Source: an uncultured Methanomicrobiales archaeon (GTDB lineage: Archaea > Halobacteriota > Methanomicrobia > Methanomicrobiales > JACTUA01). Taken from it: a stretch of DNA of 64,000 bases. Location of the stretch: NCBI GenBank assembly GCA_963712215.1, contig CAVQHA010000003.1, positions 62,675 to 126,674 of the forward strand, written 5' to 3'. Of the stretch, positions 52,866-63,478 are shown piece by piece (the first letter of the stretch is position 1; each line of letters begins with the position of its first letter). The notes below the pieces were generated by a model, which searched no databases, was not told the origin of the DNA, and was given only the letters and a program-made list of their open reading frames with translations. The position numbers and the translations under genes are program-made.

Positions 52866-53033
52866 CTTCCCCGCCCGCTCTCTCGCCCCGTGCGACGAGT
52901 GCCGAGGCGACGAGGGGAGGGCGATGGTACTGGGAGACCCTCCTCTCTCATCACAAAGGTTTTGGAGGCCAAAACGGGAGATGGGGTGGGGATCACCCCC
53001 CTTCTCACTCGATCCAGGGAGGAATCTCTGGTA

Positions 53034-53642
53034 TCAGGCCTTCTTCATCATGCCGAGAGGCGCCACGACCTTTCCGTACGCCTCGTTGAGCACCTGGGCG
53101 AGGCCCGAGTATACCGCCGAGAAGCCGCTCAGGATCCCGACATATCCGGCAACTATCGTGATCGTCCCGTTCGCGGTGGCATCACCGGCAGCGAGGAGGA
53201 AGAAGAGCAGGGCGAGCGTGCCGAAGACGACCTGCATCGCGCGGGAGTGGTTCAGGGTGCCGATGAACATCACGGCGGTGAAGAGGCCCCACATGAAGAG
53301 GTACGCTGCCATCGCACCACCGGTCGAGGCATCGGCGAGCCCCATCTTCGGGAGGATGAGGAGGGCGACCAGGGAGAGCCAGAAGAGCCCGTACGAGACG
53401 AATGCCGTGGTCCCGAAGGTATTCCCCTTCTTCCATTCCATCAGGCCGGCGATGATCTGGGCGAGGCCGCCGTAGAAGATGCCCATGGCAAGGATCATCG
53501 AGCCCAGGGCGAAGAACCCCGCATTATGGAGGTTCAGGAGAACCGTGGTTACCCCGAACCCGAGCAGGCCCAGGGGGGCGGGGTTCGCGGTCAGGTCGAA
53601 GTTCTTTACCTCAAGTTTCTTGCTGGTTCCTGTTTCCATCAT
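53034..53642 (-). CDS. GPR1/FUN34/YaaH (SatP) family acetate uptake transporter
   Basis: [33 protein letters not shown]. Confidence 0.95.
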   Translation of the reverse strand: MMETGTSKKLEVKNFDLTANPAPLGLLGFGVTTVLLNLHNAGFFALGSMILAMGIFYGGLAQIIAGLMEWKKGNTFGTTAFVSYGLFWLSLVALLILPKMGLADASTGGAMAAYLFMWGLFTAVMFIGTLNHSRAMQVVFGTLALLFFLLAAGDATANGTITIVAGYVGILSGFSAVYSGLAQVLNEAYGKVVAPLGMMKKA

Positions 53643-53862
53643 CCACAACTCCGTAAGTTGATCGGATTTCTGCGATAGGGCCTGGAGGTCACAACCGTTT
53701 CGGGGAGGACATATCTCCGGGTTTCAGAGATTTTACATTATTAATCATTTGAATTCCGGATAAGAAGGTTGCGATTTGATCCTGCCCTCGGTGAGAAGAT
53801 CAGATCCTGCTAGAGGGAGGACGAGCAATATCAGGGAAAAAAAGGGAATGGGGTTCTTAACC

Positions 53863-54639
53863 CTAGAGCGCCCTTACGAGCGACTCCAGAGTGAGCAGGC
53901 CGGCGAGCTGGCCCGACTCGGTGATGGGGAGGGCCGAGATGCCTTTCCCGAGCATCAGGTCGACGGCATCGGGCACCCTCGCCGTTTTCTCGGCCGCAAT
54001 CACGGGGGCGGACATGATATCGGACACGATAAGGTTCCTGATCCGGGCGTCCTGGTGCTTCGTCTCCACCATCTCCCTGAAGCTGCGGAGAGAGGTGGCG
54101 ACGTCCGTCTCGGTGACGATCCCCACGATGGACCCGTTCGCCGTGACGACGAACCGGGTGATGCTGTCGTCGAGCATCCTTCTCCTCAGGTGGACGACCC
54201 GCTCGTCCGCCTGGATGGTGTAGGCCTTCTCGAGCATCCTCTCGATGGGCAGCTCCGGTTTCATCACCTTCAGGATGTCCGCATAGCCGACCTGGCCGAT
54301 GAGATGGTGGTCGGCGTCGAGCACCACGACGACCTTGGAGGCCTGGAGGAGGGGCACCAGGATCTCGACCGACTGGTCCGGGTACGCGCTCGTGAAGTCG
54401 TCCTTCACATGGGTCGCGACATGGATCTTGGTCGGCGAGATCTGGGCGTTCTTCTTGGCCCCCATGATCTCGGCGATGGACCGCCTCGAGATGGTCCCGA
54501 TGACCTCGCTGTTGTTCGTGACGATGAGGGGGTCCACCCGACCGGCGAGCATCTTCTCGAGGGCCTCGGTGATGAATGCAGACTTCGCGATCGATGCCGG
54601 CCTCGCCATCACGTCCTTCACGCTGGTCTTCCTGATCAT
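53863..54639 (-). CDS. CBS domain protein
   Basis: Four CBS repeats (VKDVM, VGIVTETD, VSDIM, LAGLLT). Confidence 0.9.
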   Translation of the reverse strand: MIRKTSVKDVMARPASIAKSAFITEALEKMLAGRVDPLIVTNNSEVIGTISRRSIAEIMGAKKNAQISPTKIHVATHVKDDFTSAYPDQSVEILVPLLQASKVVVVLDADHHLIGQVGYADILKVMKPELPIERMLEKAYTIQADERVVHLRRRMLDDSITRFVVTANGSIVGIVTETDVATSLRSFREMVETKHQDARIRNLIVSDIMSAPVIAAEKTARVPDAVDLMLGKGISALPITESGQLAGLLTLESLVRAL

Positions 54640-55479
54640 TTCGCCACCTCCCTGATGATATCGTCCCTGTTCACGATTCCTGCGAGGTTCGTCCCGTCCA
54701 CCACGACCACGGAGTTGATCCCGTTCTCCCGCATCAGGGCGACCGCGTCTTTCACAGGGTCCTCCTTCCCGATGGTGATCACCGGCCGGGTCATGATGTC
54801 CTCGGCGACCGCGTGGACCTCCATCACGTACCTGAACCGTTTCCTCCCGCCCGACTCCCCCTTCCGCAGCATCTTCACGTCCTTCTCCGGAAGGCCCGTG
54901 CTGGAGTCGGTGGAATATTTGAAGAACGCGAGGTTGCTCTCGGTGATGATCCCTGCAAGCGTGGCGTCGGTGTTCACCACGACGAGGGGATCATGCCGCT
55001 CGCTCATGAGGTTGATCACATGGTCGAGCGAGTGGTACCTGTCCACGGTGACGGCTTCGGTCATGATCCCCGCGACCTTCAGGGTGAGGCCGTTCACCGA
55101 GGCCGAGCGGAGGAGATCGGTCTTCGTGACCATGCCGACGAGCTTCTTCCCGTCGATGACAGGGAGGCCCGAGAATTCCCGGGCCACCATGAGGGCCGCG
55201 ATGTCCCGGACGCTCGTCCCCGGGGTGACCGAGACGGGGTCAGGGACCATGAGGCACATGGACCGGGATCCTGTCGATCGGGCGCCGCCTCCAGATGGGG
55301 TCCGACTGCCTGAGCCGGTAGGCGAGGTCCTTCTTCGTGATGATGCCCACGAGCCGGTCCCCGTCGAGGACGGGCAGGCGCGAGATCTTGTGGGCGAGCA
55401 TGAGGTGGCGGGCATGGGCGACGTTCTCCTGGGGCCCCACCACGAAGACCGGCGATGACATGATGTCAGATGCGATCAT
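54636..55479 (-). CDS. CBS domain protein (frameshift near 55255)
   Basis: ASDIMSSP, ISRLPV, FSGLPV, AEDIMTRPV. Confidence 0.88.
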
Positions 55480-56426
55480 GCCTCTCTCCTCGCAAAGGCC
55501 TTCACGAGGTCGAACTCGGTGACGAGCCCGACGAGCTTCGCGTCCTCGATGACCGGGAGCGCCCCGACGTTCCGGGCGAGCATCTCCCGGGCCGCCTCAT
55601 TGATATTCTTCTTCGGGTCGATGGTGTGGAGGTTCCCTGAGACGAGGGTGCGGACGGGGAGTGCCATCACCTCGGCCACGTTTCCCGTGACCATGCGCTG
55701 GAAGACCTGGCCGGTGCCCAGGTACTTCATGATATCGGTGGCCGTGATGATCCCGTAGAGGACATCGTCCTTCACGACCGGGAGTCTCCTGAAGTGCTGG
55801 GTGATCATTTCTTTTGTCGCCTCGCCGATGGGGGTCTCGGGCCCCGTCACCTTGAGGGAAGTGGACATGATCTCCTCGACGAGACCCTGGCTCCTCTCTG
55901 ACGAGAGCACCTTCATCACGTCGCGCTCGGTGACGATCCCGACGAGGACATCCCCGCTGTCCACGATGGGAAGGCCGCCCATCTTCTTCCCGACGATGAG
56001 CGCCGCGGCATCGGCGATCTTCGCGTCGTTCCCGATGGTGAGGACCTTCTCGGTCATGATCGCGCGGACGCTCTCGTTGATCGCGGCGAGGAGGTTCCCC
56101 GCATGCTTCTTGCTGACGAGGTTGAACTTGTTCCCGCCGCCCATCATGTCGATGATGTCCCCTGCGGTCACTATTCCCCGCAGACGGCCGGTGCCGGCGT
56201 CTGTGACGGGGAGCCGCCTGAAGCCGCACTCGGTCATCTTCTCGATGGCGCCGATGATGGTCATCGTGGGGGGTACCGAGACAACCTCGGTGCTCGCGAT
56301 GGCCATGATCTCCCCTTCGCGGACGGCTTTCCTGGACTCGAAGTTGACCGGCCCCCGGTCGGAGTTGCCGGGAAGCCTCAGCTGCCGATCACCCTGTCTT
56401 TCATTGATCCTATTGTTCCGGTTCAT
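55476..56426 (-). CDS. CBS domain protein
   Basis: FRRLPV twice, GGLPIV, VGALPV, VGLVTEFD. Confidence 0.92.
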   Translation of the reverse strand: MNRNNRINERQGDRQLRLPGNSDRGPVNFESRKAVREGEIMAIASTEVVSVPPTMTIIGAIEKMTECGFRRLPVTDAGTGRLRGIVTAGDIIDMMGGGNKFNLVSKKHAGNLLAAINESVRAIMTEKVLTIGNDAKIADAAALIVGKKMGGLPIVDSGDVLVGIVTERDVMKVLSSERSQGLVEEIMSTSLKVTGPETPIGEATKEMITQHFRRLPVVKDDVLYGIITATDIMKYLGTGQVFQRMVTGNVAEVMALPVRTLVSGNLHTIDPKKNINEAAREMLARNVGALPVIEDAKLVGLVTEFDLVKAFARREA

Positions 56427-56446
56427 GGTTTCAACCTCTTGTGTGG

Positions 56447-57205
56447 TCACTGCTTAAAAACAAGACCCTTCAGCACATCGTGCCGGTCGATGATCCCTGC
56501 TATCTTTCCGCCCTCGACGACGGGCATCCTGCTGACGTCGTGCCTGACGAGGAGGTTCGCGGCTTCAGCCGTCGGTGTATCCGGGGAGACCGTGATGACC
56601 TCCTTCGTCATCACCGACTCCACCTCCACGCCGGCCTGGCTGTCGAGGGCCTTTCGTACCCTCCCCGCCGCGAGGAGGTCGTGGCGGGAGACGATCCCCA
56701 CGAGCTGCTTCTTCGAGAGGACGGGGAACGCGGTGAACCCGCTCTCCATGATGAGGGTGTAGACCTTCTGGATGGGTTCGTGGGCCATGGCGGTCACCAC
56801 GTTCCGGCTCATCCAGTCCCCGACCGACCCCCGGAGCTCGTGCCGGGTGATGAGGATGGGGAATATCTCGGAGAGGAGGACCGCCCCGAGGACGGTGCGC
56901 TGACCGTTGACGACCGCCGCACTGTCGGTCCCGGCGTCCCGGATGACGACCGCCGCCTTCTCCAGCGTGTCGGTGGGTGAGACGCTGACCGCGTCCTTGA
57001 GGAACCCCTCGACCGTGATGTTGGACCTCGTGTCGGTGATCCGGAGGGCATCGGTGATGTCGACGTAGCCCGCGAGATGCTTCTTCTCGTCCTGCACATA
57101 GACCTCGCGGAAGACGTCGTCGCGGAGGATCTGGCGTGCCTTCGTGATATGGTCGGTGAGGGAGAGGACCGTGACCTTCACCATGACGTTCTCGGCGGTC
57201 TTCAT
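56447..57205 (-). CDS. CBS domain protein
   Basis: AENVM, VGDWMSRNV, FTAFPV, VSRMPV. Confidence 0.9.
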   Translation of the reverse strand: MKTAENVMVKVTVLSLTDHITKARQILRDDVFREVYVQDEKKHLAGYVDITDALRITDTRSNITVEGFLKDAVSVSPTDTLEKAAVVIRDAGTDSAAVVNGQRTVLGAVLLSEIFPILITRHELRGSVGDWMSRNVVTAMAHEPIQKVYTLIMESGFTAFPVLSKKQLVGIVSRHDLLAAGRVRKALDSQAGVEVESVMTKEVITVSPDTPTAEAANLLVRHDVSRMPVVEGGKIAGIIDRHDVLKGLVFKQ

Positions 57206-57765
57206 ACGAGGAGGTCCTCCGTCCTGCAGGCCGGGCAGAGCATCAGGGTATCGCTCCGGCGGAGTTCGTCGGACATGGTACCGCACCGGTCGCAGACCCC
57301 CATCTCGAGGACCTCCTCCCGGTTCACGTCGATGAGTTCCGCGAGGATCTCCTCCATCGCGCTCGCCACGGAGAGGATATCCCGGACCGTGACGATCCCC
57401 ACGACCTTCTGCCCCTCGACAATCGGGAGCCTGCGGACCTTGTGCTTCACCATCATCTTCGCCGCGTCCCCGGCCGACTTCCCCGAGCTGATGGTGATGA
57501 GCGGGGAGGACATGGCATCCTTGACGAAGACGTCAGAGGGCTTCCTGTCCTTCGCCACTACCTTGCAGTTGATATCCTCCTCGGTGATGATCCCGATGGG
57601 GAAGTTGTTCTCGAGGACGATGCAGCTCCCCACCTTGTCCCGGCACATGGCAAGGGACGCATCTGCCACCGATGCATCTGAGTCGATGGTGGTGGGGGGG
57701 TATCGCATCACCTCTCGGAGGGGGACGCGAGTCTCGAACTGGATGGTCTGCCTTTTCTGGGACAT
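57202..57765 (-). CDS. CBS domain protein with C-terminal Cys4 zinc ribbon
   Basis: GIITEED, VRRLPIV, GVCDRCG...LCPAC. Confidence 0.9.
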   Translation of the reverse strand: MSQKRQTIQFETRVPLREVMRYPPTTIDSDASVADASLAMCRDKVGSCIVLENNFPIGIITEEDINCKVVAKDRKPSDVFVKDAMSSPLITISSGKSAGDAAKMMVKHKVRRLPIVEGQKVVGIVTVRDILSVASAMEEILAELIDVNREEVLEMGVCDRCGTMSDELRRSDTLMLCPACRTEDLLV

Positions 57766-57985
57766 ACGGATACCCTGTAAGACTGGATGATAGGTTCGCT
57801 ATGGTATCGATTTCACTCTTACTAGGTGAAAGAGGTATAAAACGATTCTTCTCACCGTGCGAAAACCGGGGCGTTCCGGGGCCGCCGGGGGAAAAAGGGG
57901 AGGGAGCGCACGGAGGATTATATATGCCGGAAAGGAGAAATTTAGCATTAAGAATCCCCATCAGGGGAGAATCAGGGGGAATGGA

Positions 57986-58627
57986 ATGAGTATCTTTGTC
58001 AGAACCAGGAAGAAGTTCTCGCATTTTCTCAAGATCTTCTTCAAGAAGCGGAGGGCGAGGATCGGGATCTACGGCCCGCCCAATGCAGGGAAGACCACCC
58101 TCGCAAACCGGATCGTGAGGGACTGGACCGGGGATGCCATGGGCACGGTCTCCGAGATCCCCCACGAGACCCGGCGGGCGCTCAGGAAGGAGAACATCAC
58201 CATCACGGGGGTGAACGGTGACTCGGTGGACATCGATATCGTCGATACCCCCGGCGTGACGACGAAGATAGACTACCGGGAGTTCATGAACTTCGGCCTC
58301 TCCAAGGAAGAGGCGGTGACGAGGGCCCGGGAAGCGACCGAGGGCGTCGCCGAGGCGATGCACTGGCTCCGCGAGGATATCGACGGGGTCATCTACATGC
58401 TCGACGCGACCCTCGACCCCTTCATGCAGGTGAACATCATGATGGTCGGGATCATCGAGTCGAGGAAGCTTCCCGTCATCATCGTCGCGAACAAGATCGA
58501 CCTCCCCGAGGCGGCCCCGAACCGGATCAGGAGTGCCTTCCCCCAGCACCCGGTGGTCCCCATCTCGAGCCTGGACGGGTCGAATGTCGAACAGCTCTAC
58601 GAGATCATGACCGAGAAGTTCGGGTGA
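57986..58627 (+). CDS. Era-like GTP-binding protein (OapA-like)
   Basis: GPPNAGKTT, IPHETR, DTPG, NKID. Confidence 0.92.
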   Translation: MSIFVRTRKKFSHFLKIFFKKRRARIGIYGPPNAGKTTLANRIVRDWTGDAMGTVSEIPHETRRALRKENITITGVNGDSVDIDIVDTPGVTTKIDYREFMNFGLSKEEAVTRAREATEGVAEAMHWLREDIDGVIYMLDATLDPFMQVNIMMVGIIESRKLPVIIVANKIDLPEAAPNRIRSAFPQHPVVPISSLDGSNVEQLYEIMTEKFG

Positions 58628-58632
58628 GGGAC

Positions 58633-59004
58633 ATGGTACAGGGAATTCAGATAGACCTCATCTCGGAGGAGCGGCTCCTCCGGCTCACCCCCATGGAGAA
58701 GATCCGGCTCATCCTCGACGATGTGAAGAAGGGGAACATCGTGGTCCTCGAGAAGGGGCTCCCGCCCGAGGAGGCCTCGAAGCTCATCGAGGTGACGATG
58801 ATGGAGATCATGCCCGACGGGTTCACCGGTATCGAGATGGAGACCTACCCGGCGAAGGAAGGGGCAGAGGGGATCTCCGGCATCATCTCCCGGATGGTCG
58901 GGAAGCGCCCCGAGTCCCGGCTCACGGTCATCGGGCCGGCGAACCAGCTCAGGATGATCAAGAAGGAGAAGGACCTCATCTCCGCCTGGGTCTCCTCCCG
59001 GTAA
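58633..59004 (+). CDS. DUF2073 family protein (OapB-like)
   Basis: MEKIRLILDDV..GNIVVLEKGL, FTGIEMETYP, LTVIGPANQL. Confidence 0.85.
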   Translation: MVQGIQIDLISEERLLRLTPMEKIRLILDDVKKGNIVVLEKGLPPEEASKLIEVTMMEIMPDGFTGIEMETYPAKEGAEGISGIISRMVGKRPESRLTVIGPANQLRMIKKEKDLISAWVSSR

Positions 59005-59009
59005 GGCCG

Positions 59010-59432
59010 ATGCCCCACAAGTGCACGAAGTGCGGGAGGGAGTTTAAAGACGGGTCCACCGAGATCCTGAAGGGCTGCCCGAGCTGCGGCAGCAAGAAGT
59101 TCCTCTACATCCGGGAGGAGCACCGGCACCGCGACGTGCTCGAGGAGAAGTCCATCACCGAGATCGCGAAGGAGACGAAGGAAGAGGTCCTCGAGGTCGT
59201 GAGTGATTCGTCAAGATCGGGTGACACCCGGGGAAAGATCGAGTCCATCCGCATCCTCTCGCCCGGGAGCTACGAGCTGAACCTGAAGAAGCTCGCCGAG
59301 AGCAACGACATGGTGGTCGGCCTCGGGAAGGATGCCAGGTACATGCTGGATATCTCCTCGATGGGGAAGCAGGAGGAGAAGAAGGGAGAGAAGGGAAAGA
59401 AAGAGAAAGGGAAGGGGAAGAAGAAGGGATAA
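59010..59432 (+). CDS. Zn-ribbon protein (DUF2072/OapC-like)
   Basis: MPHKCTKCG..ILKGCPSCGSKKF, IESIRI..PGSYELNL; Lys-rich tail. Confidence 0.88.
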   Translation: MPHKCTKCGREFKDGSTEILKGCPSCGSKKFLYIREEHRHRDVLEEKSITEIAKETKEEVLEVVSDSSRSGDTRGKIESIRILSPGSYELNLKKLAESNDMVVGLGKDARYMLDISSMGKQEEKKGEKGKKEKGKGKKKG

Positions 59433-59506
59433 CCCGTCCCGTCATAATTTTTCCATCTCTCCTGTTTTCAGACCATCTCTCATCCCTCTTCCGGAGAGTC
59501 GTCCGC

Positions 59507-60975
59507 CTAGTTCATGGTGGTCGGCTTCTGTTCCACGCTGACGGAAAGGAGAAAACCCCCGACGCCGGGGCTGTTCTCGTTGTTGTACTCGGTCGTGATC
59601 CAGTCCTGCGAGCGGGCGGTCGTGGAGACTCTCACCTCGTCGATGATCCCGTCGAAATAGTTGGCATTCACCTGGCTCCCGACATAGAAGGCCCCGTCGC
59701 TGTTGTAGATGCCGGCGTTGTAGGGTTCGCTGTCTGTCTGGACCGCGTTTTTATAGATCCGTGAGAAGGCGCCATCATAGTCCCCGACCACGAAGTTCCA
59801 GCTTCCGGCGGCGATCGAGTTCCCGCCGGGCTGGGCATCGGTCGGGTCTGCCCCGCAGGACCCGGTAGCCACGAAGGCCTCACGCACAAAACCTGCGGCG
59901 ATGTTGTTCAGGCGGAGGAAGTACGGGGGGTCGCCCGAACCGCAGCTCCCCCTCGCCTTGTCGACGATCTGGTAGGGGGCATTCGCGGTCTCGTCGACCT
60001 TCGCCCAGGCCTCGAGGGTGACGGGCCCGGTGACGTCGAGACCCGTCTGGGCCGCGTCGTTGATGTAGAGGTACTGCGCGCTCGCCCGGACGAAATCGGC
60101 CCCGTTCCCGATCTTGCTCGCGGCCATCGCGATGGGTCCGTTGTTCTGGGTGAGGTCATTGTGGTTGCCGGTCGAATCGAGGCGCGTCGCTCCGGTAGCA
60201 TCCGCCAGGTGCCAGACCCCCGCGTAGGCGTTGGTCCAGACGTTTGCTGCGTCCTGCTGGCTGGAAGCCCCCGAGTTCGCGTAGTACAGGTAAATCACGG
60301 TATCTGCCGTGGAGGAGAGGGCCGGGATCCTCACCCAGGCCACGGTGGCGCCGGAATTCCAGGTATAGGACTCGATCTCATGGGGAGCTTGGTCATCCCC
60401 GTTGAGTCGGTGAAGAGGATGTCGTTGCCGTCGTGCCGGGCGCTGGCCGAGATATCCACGTCCGTGATGCTGATGAGGACGGGGAAGCCGGACTGGTCCG
60501 AAGGCACCTTCGTATGGTCGATGGTGATCTTCTTCCGGTGGAGCCAGTCGCCGTCGTACCAGCCGTAGGGGACCTGTACGCGGTTCTTGACGAGGTCTGC
60601 AGAGAGGAGGACTGTCCCGCCGCCCCACGAGGTGTTGAAGATCAGGACCACCCGGCTCGACATCTTCGGGAGGGTCGCGTTCATCACCCTGCCGAGGGAG
60701 AAGGTCCGGTTGGGATCCGGGAGGGACTTCGTGAAGTTCCAGGTCTCGTCCACGTTATCGACGAGGATCTTGTACTGGCCCCAGTAGAGGGGATCACCGC
60801 CTTCGTGGGAGATGTAGATGGTGTTGCTCTGGTTGGAGACGAGCCCTGAGAACGAGGGGACTTTTGTCGGCAGGGGGTTGGCATAGAGCACGACGAGGAG
60901 GATCGTCATCGCGAGCACGGCGATCGCCACGAGCACGAAAGCACCGACTACCTCTGAAACTGCCTGTTTTCTCAC
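59507..60975 (-). CDS. archaeal type IV pilin-like protein with DUF2341 and LamG-like domains (frameshift near 60402)
   Basis: QAVSEVVG class III signal; RKKITIDH..FPVLI, DILFT, AWVRIP, GIIDEVRVS..RSQDWITTEY. Confidence 0.85.
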
Positions 60976-61079
60976 TAGCTGGCCTCTGAGATTCGGGCTG
61001 TACGATATTCCTGTGTACTGGTTTCTCATCAAACGAGAAAATGGTATGTCTGTCGGGTGAAGGGACCTGACAAACCCCA

Positions 61080-62489
61080 TCAGCTCATGGAGGCCTGGGT
61101 CTGCTCAATGCTGATGGAAGAGAAGGTGCCGGGGCTGTTCTGGTTCGCGTATTCGGTCTGGATCCACTGGCCGGATCGGGCGCTCCCGGAGACACGGACC
61201 TCGTCGATGATACCATTGAAGTCATTGTCGGGCCCCCCCGGGTGCTTCCCGATGAGAGTATTGAGGGCCGCCTGGTACACGATGGCCTCCACACCGAACC
61301 CGTTGGTCCCCTTCAGAACTCCATCGATATAGATGGAATTACTGTTCGCCGCAGGGTTGGCCACGTAGGTGATGTAGTGCCATCCTGTTCCCGCGAGGGA
61401 CATCCCGGAACCGGTCGGCGCCCAGAGAGAACTGTTGCGGTAGAACCCATAGGTGTGAAGGGACGAGGGGTGATCGATGCGGAAACTCACGTTGTCCCCG
61501 AGAGAGATGACCTCCCCGCCCCAGGTGTCCGGTGCGACCAGGCTCGCCCAGGCGCTGAGCGTGACGGTCGCCGGCTGGCCGAGGAGACCGGTGATGGTGA
61601 TATACTGGTTACCGGTCCCGTCGAAGCTCCGCCCGTCGGCGATCTTCCCCCCGACATCGACGGTAGCCGTGTTGGCGCCGTTGTTGCCATTGGAGGTGGA
61701 ATCGGTGAAGACGGTATTCAGGTGCCAGACGCCCCTGTAGTTCGCGTCCCAGACGCCCGGGGCGTTCTGCTGGCTCGCGGCGCCGGAGTTGCCGTAATAC
61801 ATGTACAGGGTCGTGTCACCCGCGGAGGTGACCGAGGGTACCTTCACCCAGGCGACGAGCGCCCCCGAGTTCCAGGTGTAGGCCTCTATCTCGTGCGGCA
61901 GCCTGGTCATACCGTCGGATCCGGTGAAGAGGATATCGTTCCCCGTATGAAGGGCCTTGCCCGAGATGTCGACGTCCGTGATGCTGATGAGGACGGGGAA
62001 GTCGGTCAGGGATCCCGAGACTTTTGTATGGTCGATGGTGATCTTCTTCCGGTAGAGCCAGTCCCCGGAGTACCAGCCGACCGGTGTGAAGGGTATCGTT
62101 TTCACGAGGTCTGCCGAGAGGAGGACGGTTCCGCCACCCCACGAGGTATTAAAGATCATGACCACCCGGTTCGACATCTTCGGGAGGGTGGCGTTCATCA
62201 CCCTGCCGAGGGAGAAGGTCCGGTTGGGATCCGGGAGGGACTTCGTGAAGTTCCAGGTCTCGTCCACGTTATCGACGAGGATCTTGTACTGGCCCCAGTA
62301 GAGGGGATCACCGCCTTCGTGGGAGATGTAGATGGTCGTGCTCCTGTTCGAGATGAGGCCGGTGAAAGAGGGGACTTTCGTTGGCAGGGGGTTTGCATAG
62401 AGGACGAGGACGAGGACCGTCATCGCGAGCACGCCTATTGCCACGAGCACGAAGGCGCCGACCACCTCTGAGACGGCCCCATGGTTCAT
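61080..62489 (-). CDS. archaeal type IV pilin-like protein with DUF2341 and LamG-like domains
   Basis: GAVSEVVG class III signal, HEGGDPL, RKKITIDH, AWVKVP, GIIDEVRVS. Confidence 0.88.
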   Translation of the reverse strand: MNHGAVSEVVGAFVLVAIGVLAMTVLVLVLYANPLPTKVPSFTGLISNRSTTIYISHEGGDPLYWGQYKILVDNVDETWNFTKSLPDPNRTFSLGRVMNATLPKMSNRVVMIFNTSWGGGTVLLSADLVKTIPFTPVGWYSGDWLYRKKITIDHTKVSGSLTDFPVLISITDVDISGKALHTGNDILFTGSDGMTRLPHEIEAYTWNSGALVAWVKVPSVTSAGDTTLYMYYGNSGAASQQNAPGVWDANYRGVWHLNTVFTDSTSNGNNGANTATVDVGGKIADGRSFDGTGNQYITITGLLGQPATVTLSAWASLVAPDTWGGEVISLGDNVSFRIDHPSSLHTYGFYRNSSLWAPTGSGMSLAGTGWHYITYVANPAANSNSIYIDGVLKGTNGFGVEAIVYQAALNTLIGKHPGGPDNDFNGIIDEVRVSGSARSGQWIQTEYANQNSPGTFSSISIEQTQASMS

Positions 62490-62493
62490 CCGT

Positions 62494-63471
62494 TCACCCT
62501 CCCTTGAAGGTTGCCATCTGGCACAACCAGTCCACGTTCTGGTTCGTTCCCGTGACTTTGTAGTAACCTTTCCTTGTTACCGTCTGGTCCCCGATAAAGT
62601 TGTTCGACAGGACACTCCTCGCTGTATAGGGCGAATCCATGGTCGCTGTTCCGGCACTCATCCCGAACCCGTAGATCAGCTCGGTCCCCTGCCCCGTGGC
62701 CTGGGTCCCGCTGTCCATGACCGTTCCTGTGCCTGTCTGGACCGATACCTGGTCGAGAGGATTGAAGGTTGCCACGCCTGAATACTCGGCCGCATACGTT
62801 ATCGTGCCCCCCTGGGCGCCGGAATATGTGATCGTGATCGTGATGGCACCTGCCCCGCCGGCAATGTTACTCGCATAATAGGTTGCCCCCCGGTAGGAAC
62901 CGCCCCAGTTGGTCGGGCCGGTGGCGAGGTTATAGGTATTGCCCTTGGTGTCGGTCACCGAGGTGAGGCTCACCGCCTGGGAGCTCCAGTAGGAGCTCAC
63001 TACGATGAGGTCCCCGGAGTTACTCGCCCCCGGGAAAGTGGCGGTGGTCGCGCCGTTTGCCGCAACCTGGACAAAGGCCGGGATCAGGAGCGCCTGCCGG
63101 GAAAGGTCGGTTTCAAGAAGGATGGTCCCGCCACTCCCCGACTGGTTCGCAATGAGGACCACCAGCTTCGGCATGCCGGCCGGGGTGTAATTCAGGGTCT
63201 CTCCCACCGACCACGGCTCTCCGCCGTCACTCACGAAGAGGCCGGTCCGGTCGACGCCGTCCACGAGGATCCTGTACTGCCCCTTGAAGAGTGGATCCCC
63301 GCCCCGGTGAAAGATGTAGATGGTCTTCGAGAGGTTCGTGACAAGAGGATCGAGCACCGGAACCTTCGAGGGGGCAGGGCCGGAGAGGAGGACGATCGAG
63401 ACGAGGGCCACCCCGGCCATCACGACCCCGACGAGGATCATCGTCCCGACCACCTCCGAGACGGCCTCCAT
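62494..63471 (-). CDS. archaeal type IV pilin-like protein with distinct beta-rich C-terminal domain
   Basis: EAVSEVVG, HRGGDPL, WSVGE; C-domain FVQ..VTDTKGNTY..EYSGV..PLD. Confidence 0.82.
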   Translation of the reverse strand: MEAVSEVVGTMILVGVVMAGVALVSIVLLSGPAPSKVPVLDPLVTNLSKTIYIFHRGGDPLFKGQYRILVDGVDRTGLFVSDGGEPWSVGETLNYTPAGMPKLVVLIANQSGSGGTILLETDLSRQALLIPAFVQVAANGATTATFPGASNSGDLIVVSSYWSSQAVSLTSVTDTKGNTYNLATGPTNWGGSYRGATYYASNIAGGAGAITITITYSGAQGGTITYAAEYSGVATFNPLDQVSVQTGTGTVMDSGTQATGQGTELIYGFGMSAGTATMDSPYTARSVLSNNFIGDQTVTRKGYYKVTGTNQNVDWLCQMATFKGG

Positions 63472-63478
63472 GACCGGC

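Noticed and set aside
52703-53010. RNase P or SRP RNA gene
   Set aside because: Lacks the GAGGAAAGTCC P4 motif and the SRP helix 8 motif on either strand
57766-57985. Replication origin next to oap-like genes
   Set aside because: No convincing repeated ORB boxes and no cdc6/orc1 gene in the window
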